NCBI GenBank assembly: GCA_041691135.1
Contig: JBEPVF010000004.1
Coordinates: forward strand, 64,001 to 128,000
DNA: 64,000 nucleotides
Source of the DNA: Candidatus Peribacteria bacterium
GTDB taxonomy: Bacteria; Patescibacteriota; Gracilibacteria; Peribacterales; Peribacteraceae
Direction: 5' to 3'
In this document: positions 30,171 through 39,919 of the stretch, piece after piece
Layout of the letters: each line of letters starts with the position of its first letter
How positions within the stretch are numbered: position 1 is the stretch's first letter
Notes under the pieces: generated by a model
Seen by the model: only the letters and a program-made list of their open reading frames with translations
What the model was told of the DNA's origin: nothing
Database searches by the model: none
Position numbers and translations under genes: made by a program

Positions 30171-30171
30171 C

Positions 30172-31356
30172 TCACGCCACCCATTCGCCGTGCAAAAAGC
30201 GGTAGGCGAAGAGCATCTGTATGAAGGCACAAAGAATCACGAAGGCGATCAACAAACCGGTCAATGGAAGTCTCCACTTTTTAATGGATGGCCTGTGTTG
30301 CGCCAAGTGGACCCCCGCCAACGTCAGCAATATGTAGCTTGGCAATGTTTGCCTGATCATGCTATCGAAGTGGTTGTAGCCGGCCATGCTCGCTACGGCG
30401 ATCAGCCAGAACAGAAAGGCGGTGAGGTACAACGGAAGACGTGTTCGCCGGCTCAGATCTTTCTGGCTCAGATCAATCCCCAGTAGAACGATGAGCACAG
30501 CGAGAATAAATGACACTGACAGTCGGCTTACCTGGATTGGATTGATATCGACTAGGGTCATCTGCGGCAGAACGGGCAGATAGGTGCTGGCTTGCAAAAG
30601 CGCGCCCGGATTGAATGACGTTCCCCAGCCGATGCGTTCGGTTTGGAAGTAGAGATCCCACGCACCAAACTCGATGGCGCAATACGCGAAAAAAGCGATG
30701 CCCCCCATCATTACCGCAAAAATCTTCAGCATCGAGGAGCGACGTCTGGAGGGGTTCGCGGCACCAGCGAGCGGGAGTGCTGCCAGTACAAAACCCGGCA
30801 GTCGCGTGAGACCGGCGAAAAATCCGTGCACTGCGGTCAGGATAGTTCCGCGTCGATCATGTACGTCTGACCAGTACACAAAGCCGAGGACACAGAAAAG
30901 AAAAAGTGACTCCGAGTACCCAAGTACCAAAAAGAGGCTGCTCGGGTACGAGAACATCAGCGCAACGCCTATCATCTGCAGACTGAGCGACACATTCCAT
31001 CGCCGAAGGAGCAGTAGGACGTAGAGCCAGAATCCCACGGCGGCGAGTTCGGCCGGGATCAGTAGTGCCGGTATGATAGCCAGTCGCACGATGTGGTAGA
31101 AAAAAGCGACGAGCAGCGGATAGCCCGGTAAGAATGCAACGTTCGAACCCGCATCCTGTGGTGTCGGCGGCAGAGTCGTGTGGTAGCCGGTCGCCGCAAT
31201 ATTGGCGTACCAGCCGCTATCCCAATGGCCGAAGTTACTGAAGGATTCAGATAGTGTCGGCTTTCCGGATACTAAGAGGAGCAGGGCAATCTGTACTGCT
31301 GTCAGGCTGATGGCGATGATCAGCAGCCGCGCCGGCGTAGAAAGGCTCAAAGTCAT
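30172..31356 (-). CDS. PIG-V-like mannosyltransferase family (GT-C) membrane protein
   Basis: WDSGWY..IA..GY, NVAFLPGYP, YSESLF, LTR..G. ATGA overlap with the SLH gene. Confidence 0.85.
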   Translation of the reverse strand: MTLSLSTPARLLIIAISLTAVQIALLLLVSGKPTLSESFSNFGHWDSGWYANIAATGYHTTLPPTPQDAGSNVAFLPGYPLLVAFFYHIVRLAIIPALLIPAELAAVGFWLYVLLLLRRWNVSLSLQMIGVALMFSYPSSLFLVLGYSESLFLFCVLGFVYWSDVHDRRGTILTAVHGFFAGLTRLPGFVLAALPLAGAANPSRRRSSMLKIFAVMMGGIAFFAYCAIEFGAWDLYFQTERIGWGTSFNPGALLQASTYLPVLPQMTLVDINPIQVSRLSVSFILAVLIVLLGIDLSQKDLSRRTRLPLYLTAFLFWLIAVASMAGYNHFDSMIRQTLPSYILLTLAGVHLAQHRPSIKKWRLPLTGLLIAFVILCAFIQMLFAYRFLHGEWVA

Positions 31357-32429
31357 TTGTCGCCGCATGATTCCTTGGTGCCCACGACTGCGACCGTATT
31401 GTGCATGCTGTCGTATGATGACGTGACGGTGCGCGTGCAGCTGTCTGCCTGATACGTTCCTGTAACAGGAATGAGTTCCTCCAATCGCCTACCAAAGGAC
31501 TTGGCAGCGAAGGGGCCGGCGTACGAATCGGTGCGCGTTGCCTGCCGAAGAGTGTTTGCAGCTATGTTGTATCGGAAAATACCAGCCGGTTGTTCGCTGA
31601 TGAAAATGAATGTCGATGTATCAAGTGCGAAACAGGCGTCTGTCACATGCGTGGCATCCAAAGAAAGGCCGAGGTCTTTTGCCTTCGCTGTTAAAGTCGG
31701 AAACCATATTTTTTGATTGTAGTATGCAACTCCTTTGCAATCATCGAAGATCACCGGCGGCTCTTCGTCGTGCTCAAAGTACGTGCGCATCCACAGACCG
31801 GAAAATACTCCGGATGTCCTGCTCGCGTCGTGGTGCGACAGACGGTCGATCATCTCCACCATTTGGCCGCGCGTGATGGCCGAAGTGAATTGTGAAATAT
31901 CAGTTGGAATTGCATTTTGATTGGCGAGCGCATCGATGAACGGTTTGAACCAGTACGTACTAGTTTTGCCAGTCACAACTGTGTACGAAGTGCCATATGC
32001 CTGTGTATTCAGGCCGAACTTCTTGGTCAGGATTTTTGCTGCTTCGGCCAGGTTGATTGGCCGATCAGGTCCGAATGTTCCATCGCTATAGCCGCCCACG
32101 AGTCCTTCCTGCTGTGCGACACATACGGCACGGCCGTACCAGGCGAAGGGATCGACATCGCTGAATATTTTTTTCTGCTCATCACAGGTCGGATACGCCT
32201 TTGCTTTGCCAATGTTGTCTACCAAGATCTTCACGAACTCGGCGCGGTTGATCGTTTTGTCGGGGCGGAACGTCCCGTCGCTGTAACCGCCGACGATATT
32301 TTCCTCCTGCGCGCGCGTCACGGCTGCGTAGTGGTAGCTGCTGGGTGGAACATCATCAAAACCTTGTCCTAGGGCAAAGGCAGTAGGAATAAGGAGGAAT
32401 AAGCCTGCGAGACCGTAGAAGTGTTTCAT
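31353..32429 (-). CDS. Secreted SLH-domain protein
   Basis: Signal peptide; FDDV..GYSDGTFRPDKTINRAE, FSDV..GYSDGTFGPDRPINLAE and a third degenerate repeat (ITRGQM). Confidence 0.9.
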   Translation of the reverse strand: MKHFYGLAGLFLLIPTAFALGQGFDDVPPSSYHYAAVTRAQEENIVGGYSDGTFRPDKTINRAEFVKILVDNIGKAKAYPTCDEQKKIFSDVDPFAWYGRAVCVAQQEGLVGGYSDGTFGPDRPINLAEAAKILTKKFGLNTQAYGTSYTVVTGKTSTYWFKPFIDALANQNAIPTDISQFTSAITRGQMVEMIDRLSHHDASRTSGVFSGLWMRTYFEHDEEPPVIFDDCKGVAYYNQKIWFPTLTAKAKDLGLSLDATHVTDACFALDTSTFIFISEQPAGIFRYNIAANTLRQATRTDSYAGPFAAKSFGRRLEELIPVTGTYQADSCTRTVTSSYDSMHNTVAVVGTKESCGDK

Positions 32430-32482
32430 AGAGGAGAGTGAAGGTTTCTCAATGCTACACTATAGCGAAGCCGGGGTGGCGA

Positions 32483-32510
32483 CCCGTCTTCGCTTGCGAG
32501 CTACGCCGGG
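32483..32510. repeat. REP-like palindrome
   Basis: CCCGTCTTCGCT-TGCG-AGCTACGCCGGG; same CTTCGC..GCTAC core as 37318-37342. Confidence 0.6.
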
Positions 32511-32556
32511 TTTGTTTGTGGTTGTTCTTCTTTTCATGGATTATATGTTCACCTTT

Positions 32557-32642
32557 GCCGGGGTGGCGAAATGGCAGACGCATCAGCCTTAGGAGCTGAC
32601 GGGAGCAATCCCATGGAGGTTCAAGTCCTCTCCCCGGCACCA
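32557..32642 (+). tRNA. tRNA-Leu (anticodon TAG)
   Basis: Acceptor stem GCCGGGG/CCCCGGC, anticodon arm TCAGC-CTTAGGA-GCTGA, long variable arm, GGTTCAAGTCC, encoded CCA. Confidence 0.97.
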
Positions 32643-32711
32643 TTCGGCTTGGCCAGAATGTACTATGCAACATCGCTGTAACAACACTCAAAGTACTCTA
32701 TACTTTGCCTA

Positions 32712-34016
32712 ATGACTGCCCCCCGCTTTCTCCTCCTTTCTTTTGCCGTGTTGATCACAGGCTGTGCAACGCACGTGAATGACGGCGCAGGGACAAGTTC
32801 ATCATCTGCCGTTTCGTCGTCAGCTGCATCCGGCACTACAAGTAGTGAATCATTTTCACTCTCTCTCCTCGCCTTCGGCGACAATGGAATTCTGGGTACG
32901 GCAGATGAAGTGGCAGTGCCTTTCTTGACGAGCTCGGGCAGCGGTGACTTGTACGATGTGAACATTCTTACCAAAAACGGCATGCGGACTATTGTTCACT
33001 ACAATGAAAACCTTGCCGATGGATCAAATGCACAGGCGTATGTCATGGCTCCCGAGAGCCTCATCTATATCGCTGGTATCGGGAAAGACGGTTTCAGTGT
33101 CTACGACTTTGACGGCAACAATCATACGAATGCGTACGGCTGGCTGAAGAACAAGCCGTTCAGTGTCGCAAAACTGTATCGTATCGGCGATAGTCAGATC
33201 GCCTACGGTGTTCATGCCGCCGATGTGGGACAGGGTACTGGCAGCATGAGAAAAGATGTTGCAGGTATCTATCTGCGTCGTATCAGCGATGGATCGGAAA
33301 AAGCTTTCCCGATGTCGAAAGTAGGACTGGAAGGACTTGATGGCTTGCAGCCGCTGTGCCTATCGGCCGATGGCAAGTCGCTCTACGTCCGACACGAATT
33401 GTGGGAAGGCTTCTCGTACGGATCCGTTTGGAAATTGCGGTTGTCTGATTTGAAAGCAGAGCCGATCTTCGTAGACAAAGATAAGATCTATAGTTATCAC
33501 TGCAGCGACCGGCATGATCTGATCTTGGGGGTCCGAACGGAAAAAAATGAGGCATTCGGCATGGGCGCAGCAGCGTGGCCTCCTACATCGTTGGTGCTGT
33601 TCGATGGCGCAAAAGGCACGTCGAAAACATTGATCGAATTCAAAGATAAACTTATCGATAGCGCGTTCATTACTCCTGATGGGCACGCAATTGTGTATGC
33701 GGTTATCGCAGCAGCGGAAAAACTGAAGAGTGATTACAACTATCCTTTTGAAGGGACTGGTGCCATTAGGGAGCTGTTCATGATGTCGATTGATGGATCT
33801 GGAAATCGCTCCATCGGACACTTCGATACAATCGCAGGCATGTCACACGATGGAACGGTCATCGTTGTCGGAAAACAAGCGGGTGAACCATATGCCGACA
33901 GCAAGGCGTACTCCATCCTCAACACACAAGACGGACGTGTTGCTCCGCTGACCGATGATGGTTTTAGTGAAGTCATTGCCTGTAGTTACGGTCAGGGTTT
34001 CGACTGCAATTATTAG
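32712..34016 (+). CDS. Lipoprotein with Ser-rich linker and TolB-like beta-propeller
   Basis: Lipobox LITGC; LSADGKSLY, ITPDGHAIVY, SIDGSGNR, MSHDGTVI blades. Confidence 0.75.
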   Translation: MTAPRFLLLSFAVLITGCATHVNDGAGTSSSSAVSSSAASGTTSSESFSLSLLAFGDNGILGTADEVAVPFLTSSGSGDLYDVNILTKNGMRTIVHYNENLADGSNAQAYVMAPESLIYIAGIGKDGFSVYDFDGNNHTNAYGWLKNKPFSVAKLYRIGDSQIAYGVHAADVGQGTGSMRKDVAGIYLRRISDGSEKAFPMSKVGLEGLDGLQPLCLSADGKSLYVRHELWEGFSYGSVWKLRLSDLKAEPIFVDKDKIYSYHCSDRHDLILGVRTEKNEAFGMGAAAWPPTSLVLFDGAKGTSKTLIEFKDKLIDSAFITPDGHAIVYAVIAAAEKLKSDYNYPFEGTGAIRELFMMSIDGSGNRSIGHFDTIAGMSHDGTVIVVGKQAGEPYADSKAYSILNTQDGRVAPLTDDGFSEVIACSYGQGFDCNY

Positions 34017-34110
34017 ATATATTTCAATTTATATTTTAAATATGTCAATGATCTGGATGGGCCATCCTCTACAGGAATTCGTCGTACGCTCAGTTGAGTA
34101 GGATGTTAGA

Positions 34111-34139
34111 TTGCAAAAATCGGCTTAAAATGCTAAAAT
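34111..34139 (+). promoter_or_regulatory. Sigma70-type promoter with extended -10
   Basis: TTGCAA-17 nt-TAAAAT with TG at 34131-32. Confidence 0.7.
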
Positions 34140-34159
34140 GAATAGAAATATTGACACCT

Positions 34160-34507
34160 ATGCCCGAATCACAAACATCCACTTTAATGCCTGTCGTCCC
34201 GGTCTTACCGGAGGCGAACGAGGTCTACGACGCCATCATGCGCGAGATTGAACCGGAGCTGACGACGGCACTGCTGTCGACCCTTGAGCAGACCTACAAA
34301 AATGAAACACCCGAGCAGGCCGAGACGCGCAGCGTGCGCTACCGCGCGGCTCTCGTGGAGTACGAGAAGCGGTTCAATGCATACATGCTGGAATTGGAGG
34401 GCCAGGTGCGTGGGTTTCAAAAGGCAGCAAGTGTCTACGCCGAGGCGCAGGAATCGGGGGCCGACCAGACAAAGTTGGATCAACTCGAAACAGCTCTTTC
34501 TTTCTAG
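34160..34507 (+). CDS. Small helical hypothetical protein, paralogue of 26318-26650
   Basis: YDAIMREIEPELT...TYKNETP...RY. Confidence 0.85.
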   Translation: MPESQTSTLMPVVPVLPEANEVYDAIMREIEPELTTALLSTLEQTYKNETPEQAETRSVRYRAALVEYEKRFNAYMLELEGQVRGFQKAASVYAEAQESGADQTKLDQLETALSF

Positions 34508-34510
34508 TCT

Positions 34511-36346
34511 ATGACTGACTTTCTCTTTCATACTCACTCTCTCCGCGAGACGCGACTCGTGTTCAAAGATGCTGCGCCTAACGGGCCCATCGATATTCCC
34601 GCAATGGCGAATGATTTGATGGGCAACTTGGCAGAGGGCAAAAAGAATATGCTCCCCAACCAAGTGGTGGACATGGCAAAGGGTATGAGGGGCGAAGCGG
34701 TCAGACGCGTTAATCTGGTGCAGGAGCAATTTCGGCAAATCGGAGATAAGGCGCGGATCGGTCAGCTTGCCAGTGATATTTCCGATCCACAGCAGAAGGA
34801 AAAATTTACGACCTTGCTCATGAAGATGAAGCCGGTAGAGCAGAAGACAGCGCTCTATTCAGTGTTGGCCAACGTTGCTGCGGATCAGCGCCTGCCTCTC
34901 GTCGAAGTGGCGGCAACACTGTTTCAGCAGCCGGAAGATGTGCGCGATGCAGTGCTGGAGCGGGCACAAAATCCTGACAAAGCCGACGAACGCCGTAATA
35001 AACTGAATCCTCAACAGAGAGCCGTGCTCGATGGATACGAGAGCAAGCTCACTGAACAAGAGCGCGGACTCATCAAGCAGCTGATTGTATTGCTCCAGCC
35101 CATCATCGAGGGATCGGTGGAAATTCCACCCACCAAGCAGCCGCAAATCAAAAAGATTCTTGATCAATTTGCTAAAAACCACTTGGGAGTCCAGGGCCGT
35201 GAGTATGCGTTGTCGCAGTTGCAGACGCTTGGTGTGGAACTCGCGAGCGCCGAACAGGCACTGGATTCAAACCCACCGGACTACAGCAAGATTCGCATGA
35301 AGCAGGGCAAGCCAGGTGATCTCGCACTCTATCAGTTTGCAGGTTTTATGGAACAAGCCGGCTTGTTGCTGAGGATGGTGATGAAAGACGGAGAGCTCGA
35401 TGGTCGTCAGCTACTGAATAAATCAATAAGTACTTTCAATCGTGTTCATCGTGTGTCGCTTACGCGCCAGCCGCGCATCGGACTTGTGACATATAAGGGA
35501 AAAGATAAAGAGGAACCGAAACAAATACAGGTGGAAGATTTGAGTATTACTGCCAAAGATATTGATATGCTGGAGCCGGGGCATCTTGCCAGACGTATGG
35601 AAAAGATAGCCAGGACACTCATGGACGATGAGCGGTTGCCCCAGGCAGCGCTGCCTGGCGAGAAACGCGTGATACTGGCGGATGATAAGGCGAGCGTGAA
35701 AGTGACCAACGTAACCGACAGCGATATGCGCCGCATCATGTTACTGCTGGAGCGTGACGACACGCTCGTGGATCCGGTGGGTGTTGTGGTAGAGAAGCGT
35801 GGGGAGCCGCCATTGCCGAAGAGCGCGGAGCAGGCCAAACAGGAGAAACGACCGGGGACACGATTGCTGGATGGTAAGAAGGAACTGGAAGCCAAAGAGG
35901 CAGAGAAAAAACAGATTGATGATCGTCTCAAAGACCTGCGACCCGATGAAGAAAAAGCGCAACGTCTGAAGAACAGGCAAAAAACCATGGAAGAAAATAT
36001 AGTGGAATTGAAGAAGTCACTGGATCTCTTGAAAAAAGAACAGGAGCGCCGCACTGCGTATCACGCGCAGATCGAAAAGGTATTGAAGCAATTGAAAGAT
36101 TTGCCCTTGGATACGGTGAAAGTGAACGACGACGGCGAAAGCATCGATATCAAGCTGAAAGAAAAGTTTTCCCCGGCCGCCAAGCAGATGATGGATGTGG
36201 CGGTCAAAACGATACAGTGGCAGTACGAAGCCGACAGCGACGGGCTCAAGCTGACTATCAAAGATCTGGCGCCCGAATTCTGGGAGGAGAAAAAGATCGA
36301 ATCGTTCCCCGCCCAATTCGCCACGGCTGCCGAACCCAAAAAATAG
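34511..36346 (+). CDS. Large helical/coiled-coil hypothetical protein
   Basis: 611-aa ORF 3 nt after the paralogue; N-terminus MTDFLFHTHSLRETRLVFK; K/E-rich coiled coil near the C-terminus. Confidence 0.8.
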   Translation: MTDFLFHTHSLRETRLVFKDAAPNGPIDIPAMANDLMGNLAEGKKNMLPNQVVDMAKGMRGEAVRRVNLVQEQFRQIGDKARIGQLASDISDPQQKEKFTTLLMKMKPVEQKTALYSVLANVAADQRLPLVEVAATLFQQPEDVRDAVLERAQNPDKADERRNKLNPQQRAVLDGYESKLTEQERGLIKQLIVLLQPIIEGSVEIPPTKQPQIKKILDQFAKNHLGVQGREYALSQLQTLGVELASAEQALDSNPPDYSKIRMKQGKPGDLALYQFAGFMEQAGLLLRMVMKDGELDGRQLLNKSISTFNRVHRVSLTRQPRIGLVTYKGKDKEEPKQIQVEDLSITAKDIDMLEPGHLARRMEKIARTLMDDERLPQAALPGEKRVILADDKASVKVTNVTDSDMRRIMLLLERDDTLVDPVGVVVEKRGEPPLPKSAEQAKQEKRPGTRLLDGKKELEAKEAEKKQIDDRLKDLRPDEEKAQRLKNRQKTMEENIVELKKSLDLLKKEQERRTAYHAQIEKVLKQLKDLPLDTVKVNDDGESIDIKLKEKFSPAAKQMMDVAVKTIQWQYEADSDGLKLTIKDLAPEFWEEKKIESFPAQFATAAEPKK

Positions 36347-36347
36347 C

Positions 36348-37298
36348 TTAGGATTTCGCCGGTTCTTCTTTTTGCGCCGCATTCTTCCGTTCGTCTTTAA
36401 TGCGCGCTTTCAGCTGGTAGAGAGTGGCATCGATTTCGGCTTTCTTTCGACGCGTATCGGCTTCCACTTCGGTCTTCTTGCGTGTGGTCAGAACTTCCGA
36501 ATCACGTCGTCGCATGCGCAGATCAGATTCCATCGTCGCCGTTGATTTGGCCGCATCGCGATCCATCTGAATGCGCAGGCGCTGCTCTTCCAGTTGTATT
36601 TCCCGTTCACGCTGATTGCGCTTCTGCATGTCGGCGATGGCGCCTAGTTCGGTCATCTTCCGCCGTGCATCGGATTCCATCTGCGTCTTCTGGCGGATTT
36701 GTTCTGAAAAGAGTCCGGCCTGTTTCTCGCGTGCTTCGCGTTCCAAGCTCTCTTTGACTCGCAGCAACTCGCGTTCCAGATCATTCTTCTGTCGTCGTTC
36801 GTCGTTATCGGCTTCCAGTTTAGCGTGCTGTGCATCCTTCTCCGCCTGCAGGAGTCGCTGCTTCATCTCCTGATCCAGCTCGTACTCGCGCTTGTCCTCC
36901 TTGGCTTTCTTATCGGCGGCTTCGTGCAGACTTGTCAGGTATGCCTGCTGCTTCTCGCGATACGCGCGTTCCTCGGCACTTTTTTCCTCCACGGCCCGTC
37001 GCTCGGCTTCGCGACGCTGCTTATCGACTTCGAGCTCTTCCTTTCGTTTCTTATCGGTCTCACGCCATTCTCTCGCTGCCTGCTCTTTCTGTACTTCCTG
37101 CGCCTCAGCTTGCTTTAAATCGTCAGCTGCACGGCTTTCGATATCGTCGCGCAGGCGTTCCCGTTCATCTTTCTCCAATTTCTGAGCAGCTTCCAGTGCT
37201 TGTTGTTGTTTTAGGCTCTCGTCCTGAAATTTCTGCGCATCAGTAGTGGGCTTGGATTGGAACGGGGAAGTACCTTGCTGCGTCGGATCGTCGGTCAT
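36348..37298 (-). CDS. Highly charged coiled-coil protein
   Basis: E/K/R/Q-rich throughout. ATG 37298 lies 7 nt after TGtTATGCT. Confidence 0.75.
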   Translation of the reverse strand: MTDDPTQQGTSPFQSKPTTDAQKFQDESLKQQQALEAAQKLEKDERERLRDDIESRAADDLKQAEAQEVQKEQAAREWRETDKKRKEELEVDKQRREAERRAVEEKSAEERAYREKQQAYLTSLHEAADKKAKEDKREYELDQEMKQRLLQAEKDAQHAKLEADNDERRQKNDLERELLRVKESLEREAREKQAGLFSEQIRQKTQMESDARRKMTELGAIADMQKRNQREREIQLEEQRLRIQMDRDAAKSTATMESDLRMRRRDSEVLTTRKKTEVEADTRRKKAEIDATLYQLKARIKDERKNAAQKEEPAKS

Positions 37299-37317
37299 GG
37301 GAATTAGCATAACAGAT

Positions 37318-37342
37318 CCGCCTTCGCCTGTGGGCTACGGCG
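37318..37342. repeat. REP-like palindrome
   Basis: CCGCCTTCGCC-TGTG-GGCTACGGCG. Confidence 0.6.
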
Positions 37343-37368
37343 CGACAAACGAAATTAACGAATGAAAT

Positions 37369-39129
37369 CTACTCTACAACTTGGATCCCGAGTTCCTTCA
37401 ATTGCTTGTCCATCACCATCGATGGTGCGCCCATCATAATATCCTGAGCTTTGCCGTTCTTGGGGAAGGCGTAGATGTCGCGGATGGACGGGAATTCCCA
37501 CAGCATCATCATCAAGCGGTCGATGCCCGGCGCGCAGCCGCCGTGGGGTGGTGCGCCGTACTGAAACGCTTTGATCATGCCGCCGAACTTCTTGTCGACG
37601 TCGTCCTTGGTGTAGCCGGCGATCTCGAATGCTTTGTACATGATATCTGGTCGGTGGTTTCGGATCGCGCCGCTCATCAGTTCGAAACCGTTGGATGCCA
37701 GGTCGTACTGATAGGCCAGGATCTCGGTGGGGTCTTTGGTCAATAGCGCCTCCATGCCGCCTTGTGGCATGCTGAACGGGTTGTGCGAGAAGTCGATCTT
37801 GCCTTCCTGCTCGCTCCACTCGTACATCGGAAAGTCCACGATCCAACACCAGGCTGCCTTCTTGGGATCCATCAGCCCCTGCCTCCTGGCAATTTCGATG
37901 CGCACCTGGCCCAGTGCCTTGCAGGCCGTCTCCCATTTGTCAGCAGCGAAAAAGACCGCGTCGCCGGACTTCAGGCCCAGCTCGTTCACGATCCTTTGAG
38001 CGACATCATCACCCAAGAATTTGACGATAGGCGACTGGAGTTCTTTATCTTTGATCAAGATGTAGGCAAGTCCCTTGAGGCCGTAGATTTTGGCTGTTTC
38101 GGTCAGCTGATCGATATCCTTGCGGCTCATGTCGGCACCTTTGAGGACTGGTAATGCTTTCACCACGCCTTTTTTATCCAGCACATCGTTGAACACACCG
38201 AAGCCGGAGCCCTTCACAATATCCGACACATCGTGGAGCTTCATCTCGTAGCGCAGATCCGGTTTGTCCGAACCATAAGTGCTCATCGCCTCGCGCCACG
38301 GAATGCGTGGGAAGGGACTGAACATAATCTTCTTGTCCGAAAACTTCTCCGTCACCTGGATGATGAGCGGCTCGATCACGCCGAAGATATCTTCCTGCGT
38401 GACAAAACTCATCTCCATATCCAGTTGGTAGAACTCGCCCGGATGTCGGTCGGCACGCGGATCTTCGTCGCGGAAACAGGGTGCGATCTGGAAGTAGCGG
38501 TCGAGACCGGCCACCATCAGGAGCTGTTTGAACTGCTGCGGTGCCTGTGGCAATGCATAGAACATTCCTTTGTGCAGGCGGCTCGGCACCAGATAATCGC
38601 GTGCGCCTTCGGGGCTGGAGTTAGCCAAAATCGGCGTCTGTACTTCGGTGAAGTGCTGACCGTGCATGTACTCGCGGATAAAGGTAATGAGCTTATCGCG
38701 TTGCACCATGATGTCCTGCATGCGCGGACGTCGCAGGTCAAGGAAGCGGTACTGCAATCGCAGTTCCTCGTTCACTTCTTTGTCCTGATCGATTTCGAAT
38801 GGCGGGGTCTTCGATTCGCTGAGCACTTCCATGTTTGCCACCGTCACTTCGATAGCGCCGGTCGGATTATCTTCGCGTACAGCACCTTCCTGTCGCTTGC
38901 TCACCGTGCCGTCAACTTTGAGCACCCATTCGGGGCGTACCGACTCAGCCTGTTTGAAGACGGCTTTGTCCTCGGGCTTGATGACGATCTGCGTCAGACC
39001 GTAATGATCGCGCAGGTCGATGAAGATCAGGCCGCCGTGGTCGCGCCGGCGATGCACCCAACCGCACAGGGTGGTGCTCTTTCCGTCGTGCTCCTGGCGT
39101 AACTCGCCGCAGGTGTGAGTGCGTAACAT
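37369..39129 (-). CDS. aspS: Aspartyl-tRNA synthetase (probably non-discriminating)
   Basis: RTHTCGEL, EGARDYLVPSR, YFQIAPCFRDED, GAPPHGG. RRRDHGG His signature of the non-discriminating type. Confidence 0.97.
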   Translation of the reverse strand: MLRTHTCGELRQEHDGKSTTLCGWVHRRRDHGGLIFIDLRDHYGLTQIVIKPEDKAVFKQAESVRPEWVLKVDGTVSKRQEGAVREDNPTGAIEVTVANMEVLSESKTPPFEIDQDKEVNEELRLQYRFLDLRRPRMQDIMVQRDKLITFIREYMHGQHFTEVQTPILANSSPEGARDYLVPSRLHKGMFYALPQAPQQFKQLLMVAGLDRYFQIAPCFRDEDPRADRHPGEFYQLDMEMSFVTQEDIFGVIEPLIIQVTEKFSDKKIMFSPFPRIPWREAMSTYGSDKPDLRYEMKLHDVSDIVKGSGFGVFNDVLDKKGVVKALPVLKGADMSRKDIDQLTETAKIYGLKGLAYILIKDKELQSPIVKFLGDDVAQRIVNELGLKSGDAVFFAADKWETACKALGQVRIEIARRQGLMDPKKAAWCWIVDFPMYEWSEQEGKIDFSHNPFSMPQGGMEALLTKDPTEILAYQYDLASNGFELMSGAIRNHRPDIMYKAFEIAGYTKDDVDKKFGGMIKAFQYGAPPHGGCAPGIDRLMMMLWEFPSIRDIYAFPKNGKAQDIMMGAPSMVMDKQLKELGIQVVE

Positions 39130-39251
39130 ACGTAGAAGAAGTGTAGCAGGCCGGGTATCCTAGCACGAATGTTTGGCGTGGATAGGCTATATCAACGTAG
39201 CCGAACAGTGAGCAATTTGACAGATACAGTGGCCATGTTCAAAGTGTAAAC

Positions 39252-39890
39252 ATGAGTTTATTGGAAGAATATCCTGCCCAAGAAACGAAGCTGCTCATGT
39301 CACCCCTCCGGCTCGATGCCGGTGCGACATTTTTCGAGGGCCAGTCCATTTCGCTCTTAGCGATATTGGAAGCAGAGCGGTTGAAATATCGAGACGATAT
39401 CCTTTTTCTTTTGCGTGGAGTGCACGAATGGTTGGGTGATGAGTTCCTTCCTTGTCGAGATGCGGAACCCGAATTGCCTTCTCTCAGAAGTGAATTTAGA
39501 AAAAGATCCAAAAATCTTATGGGAGGCGCGCTCGCTCAGTTCAATAAGCTCAAAGGAACTACTTATCAGGGCATTGTACTTGAACAAAGCGGACCTGTTG
39601 CGAAAAATGTGGTAAATATTCTTCTAGAAGAGCTGGCAGGAAGATTTGTAGATACGCTCAAGACGGAAGATGACGAAGTCTTCCAAAGAATGGTGCTTAC
39701 TGTAGATGCACAAGAAATGATTGATAGGATGATGTATCCTGAACTTGATGGTATGTTCGATGACGAGAAAGGCGAAAGGGCTGCTGACTATAAGACTGAC
39801 TACGAACGGAGAGAGGACCACGAAGAAGAAGTAGTTGGACAAATGAAAGTGAATATAAGTACGTATCTGCGTGGATTGGTTTGGGGGTGA
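39252..39890 (+). CDS. Acidic hypothetical protein, visibly lower GC
   Basis: 212-aa ORF; TTGACA(39217)-17-CAAAGT then 6 nt to the ATG. Confidence 0.7.
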   Translation: MSLLEEYPAQETKLLMSPLRLDAGATFFEGQSISLLAILEAERLKYRDDILFLLRGVHEWLGDEFLPCRDAEPELPSLRSEFRKRSKNLMGGALAQFNKLKGTTYQGIVLEQSGPVAKNVVNILLEELAGRFVDTLKTEDDEVFQRMVLTVDAQEMIDRMMYPELDGMFDDEKGERAADYKTDYERREDHEEEVVGQMKVNISTYLRGLVWG

Positions 39891-39919
39891 AGATCAAGCT
39901 TGATAGCGCGTTTTACTCT

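Noticed and set aside
32643-37300. Integrated element downstream of tRNA-Leu
   Set aside because: No integrase, and I found no repeat of the tRNA 3' end; genes look like native hypotheticals.
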